In this document: one piece after another, positions 31,069-32,000 of the stretch | How positions within the stretch are numbered: the first letter of the stretch is position 1 | How the letters are laid out: every line of letters begins with the position of its first letter | Assembly (NCBI RefSeq): GCF_008065095.1 | Contig: NZ_CP042911.1 | Location: forward strand, 4,350,001-4,382,000 | DNA: 32,000 bases | Direction of reading: 5' to 3' | Origin: Gemmata obscuriglobus | GTDB lineage: Bacteria; Planctomycetota; Planctomycetia; Gemmatales; Gemmataceae | Made by a program: the position numbers and the translations under genes | Notes under the pieces: model-generated | Told to the model about the DNA's origin: nothing | The model's input: only the letters and a program-made list of their open reading frames with translations | Databases searched by the model: none

Positions 31069-31159
31069 GCCGAACGAACAGCTCACCTGCACCGCCACAT
31101 CCCGAGCAGCGATGCGTCCCGAATCAGCCGGCGGTGTCAGGTGCAGTGCCGGGTTCGGC
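31069..31159 (-). repeat. attC-like site H
   Basis: GCCGAAC (31069-31075) ... GTTCGGC (31153-31159), 91 nt. Confidence 0.8.
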
Positions 31160-31170
31160 GTGTCCCACAG

Positions 31171-32000
31171 TTATTCTGTGCGGAAGGGCCTACCAGCCTC
31201 GTAGAGTTTCAATCGCGCCTGCATGGCCTTCCGTTGTTCATCCGCCTTGGGGCCGAGCAACTCGATCGCTTTCTTTTGCGACTTGATTGCCTCATCGAAC
31301 TGACCAGCCTCCGCGTAGGCGGCCGCCACCGTATCAAGGCACTCCGGTCGCTTTCCTCCGGATTTCTCATTCGACTTACTGGCGTATTCCAACGCCTTCC
31401 TGCCGTCGCGGAACTTGGGGTCGGGGCACGTTGCCAGCTGCCACGCCCAACTGTTGAGGAGGTTGGGATAGTCGGGATCACGCGTCAGCGCCTTCGCGAA
31501 GTCGGCCTGGGCATTGGCAAAGTCTTTCAGCGCGTGGCGCGCTTGGCCCCGCCGGTAATGCACCATTTCCATCTCCGGGTCGAGCCGCAGAGCCTCGGTG
31601 TAATCGGCCACGGCCTTAATGCTGTCCTGCTTGTACCACTGGTAGGCGCGGCCCCGGTAATGATGTGTGTGCGCCAGACACTTGTCTTTGCCGTCTCCGT
31701 TCCTGGAGAAATCGGTGCCGCCTTCGATCACCTTGGTGTAGTCAGCGATGGCCTTGTCGTACTCGCGCAGGGACTCATAGGCGAGGGCGCGATTGAACCG
31801 AGCACTGAAGCCCTTGGGATCGATCACCAGGATCTTCGTCAAGTCGGCCACCGCCTTCGCATACTCTCGCTTGTCGAGAGCGGGATGGCCGGCGTAGAGC
31901 GAACTGCGGCTGAAGTAGGCTTCCACGAACTGGGGGTCGAGTTCGATGGCCTTTGAGTAATCGGTAATGGCTTCGGTGTAGCGCCTGTTCTGCTCGTGGG
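31171..32000 (-). CDS. tetratricopeptide (TPR) repeat protein, 5' end beyond the right edge
   Basis: It has repeated 34-residue units (A..Y..AI.LDP...A...RG). My translation shows the frame stays open upstream of the track start (…HEQNRRYTEAITDYSKAIELDPQFVEAYF) to the window end. The stop lies 11 nt from attC-like site H. Confidence 0.75.
   Translation of the reverse strand, partial: HEQNRRYTEAITDYSKAIELDPQFVEAYFSRSSLYAGHPALDKREYAKAVADLTKILVIDPKGFSARFNRALAYESLREYDKAIADYTKVIEGGTDFSRNGDGKDKCLAHTHHYRGRAYQWYKQDSIKAVADYTEALRLDPEMEMVHYRRGQARHALKDFANAQADFAKALTRDPDYPNLLNSWAWQLATCPDPKFRDGRKALEYASKSNEKSGGKRPECLDTVAAAYAEAGQFDEAIKSQKKAIELLGPKADEQRKAMQARLKLYEAGRPFRTE

Larger units (their letters stand above)
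27142..31159 (-). mobile_element. integron-type gene cassette array (attC-like sites alternating with single ORFs; intI/attI not in window)
   Basis: Eight structured repeats alternate with seven single minus-strand ORFs. See the individual repeat features and findings. Confidence 0.75.

Noticed and set aside
27833-31098. A recurrent ORF N-terminus MAVQVS(C/Y/F)(M/L)FG, seen at 27862, 29927, 30656 and 31098, which looks like a conserved leader peptide.
   Set aside because: It is the translation of one arm of the palindromic repeat (ATGGCGGTGCAGGTGAGCTGTATGTTCGGC). The frame relative to the downstream ORF varies. Better starts with SD-like boxes lie downstream of the repeat.
27142-31159. The possibility that the regularly spaced repeats form a CRISPR array.
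   Set aside because: The repeats are about 90-113 nt, strongly palindromic and variable in their centre. They are separated by 350-620 nt stretches that each contain a full ORF. No cas genes are present.
27142-31159. The possibility that the repeats are REP/BIME- or MITE-type elements.
   Set aside because: This is less consistent than attC. Orientation is strict, there is one ORF per interval, and the strand-specific bulges, AAC/GTT ends and 5x5 bubble are conserved. It cannot be fully excluded without genome-wide distribution data.

Overview
This is a high-GC, planctomycete-like chromosomal window; a Gemmata-type TIGR02996 repeat-companion domain protein is present. It has three blocks. (1) 1-8.1 kb holds ordinary housekeeping genes: mgtE (partial), panC, a CYTH/CyaB-like protein, a Rieske protein, a c-type cytochrome, corA, and an ECF sigma/anti-sigma pair. 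(2) About 8.4-27.13 kb is a phage-derived element bounded by a tyrosine integrase. It carries two divergent RHH-like regulators, an excisionase, an initiator-like tRNA-Met, a Sak4-like ATPase plus YqaJ exonuclease, a PrimPol-DUF3987 replicase, a ParB-like protein, a Dam-type methylase and TerS. Its TerL ATPase and nuclease domains are separate ORFs split by about 1.1 kb of partly low-GC insert. No portal, capsid, tail or lysis gene is present. (3) 27.14-31.16 kb holds eight copies (seven full, one truncated) of an 89-113 nt imperfect palindrome. Each has GCCGAAC...GTTCGGC ends, a 5x5 nt bubble and two invariant bulged bases. Exactly one minus-strand ORF lies between neighbouring copies. I read this as an integron-type attC gene-cassette array whose intI/attI, if present, lie beyond the right edge. 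The phage element ends abruptly inside the loop of the truncated attC. Many long ORFs in the track are GC-bias artefacts. I chose frames by third-position GC and start/stop coupling.
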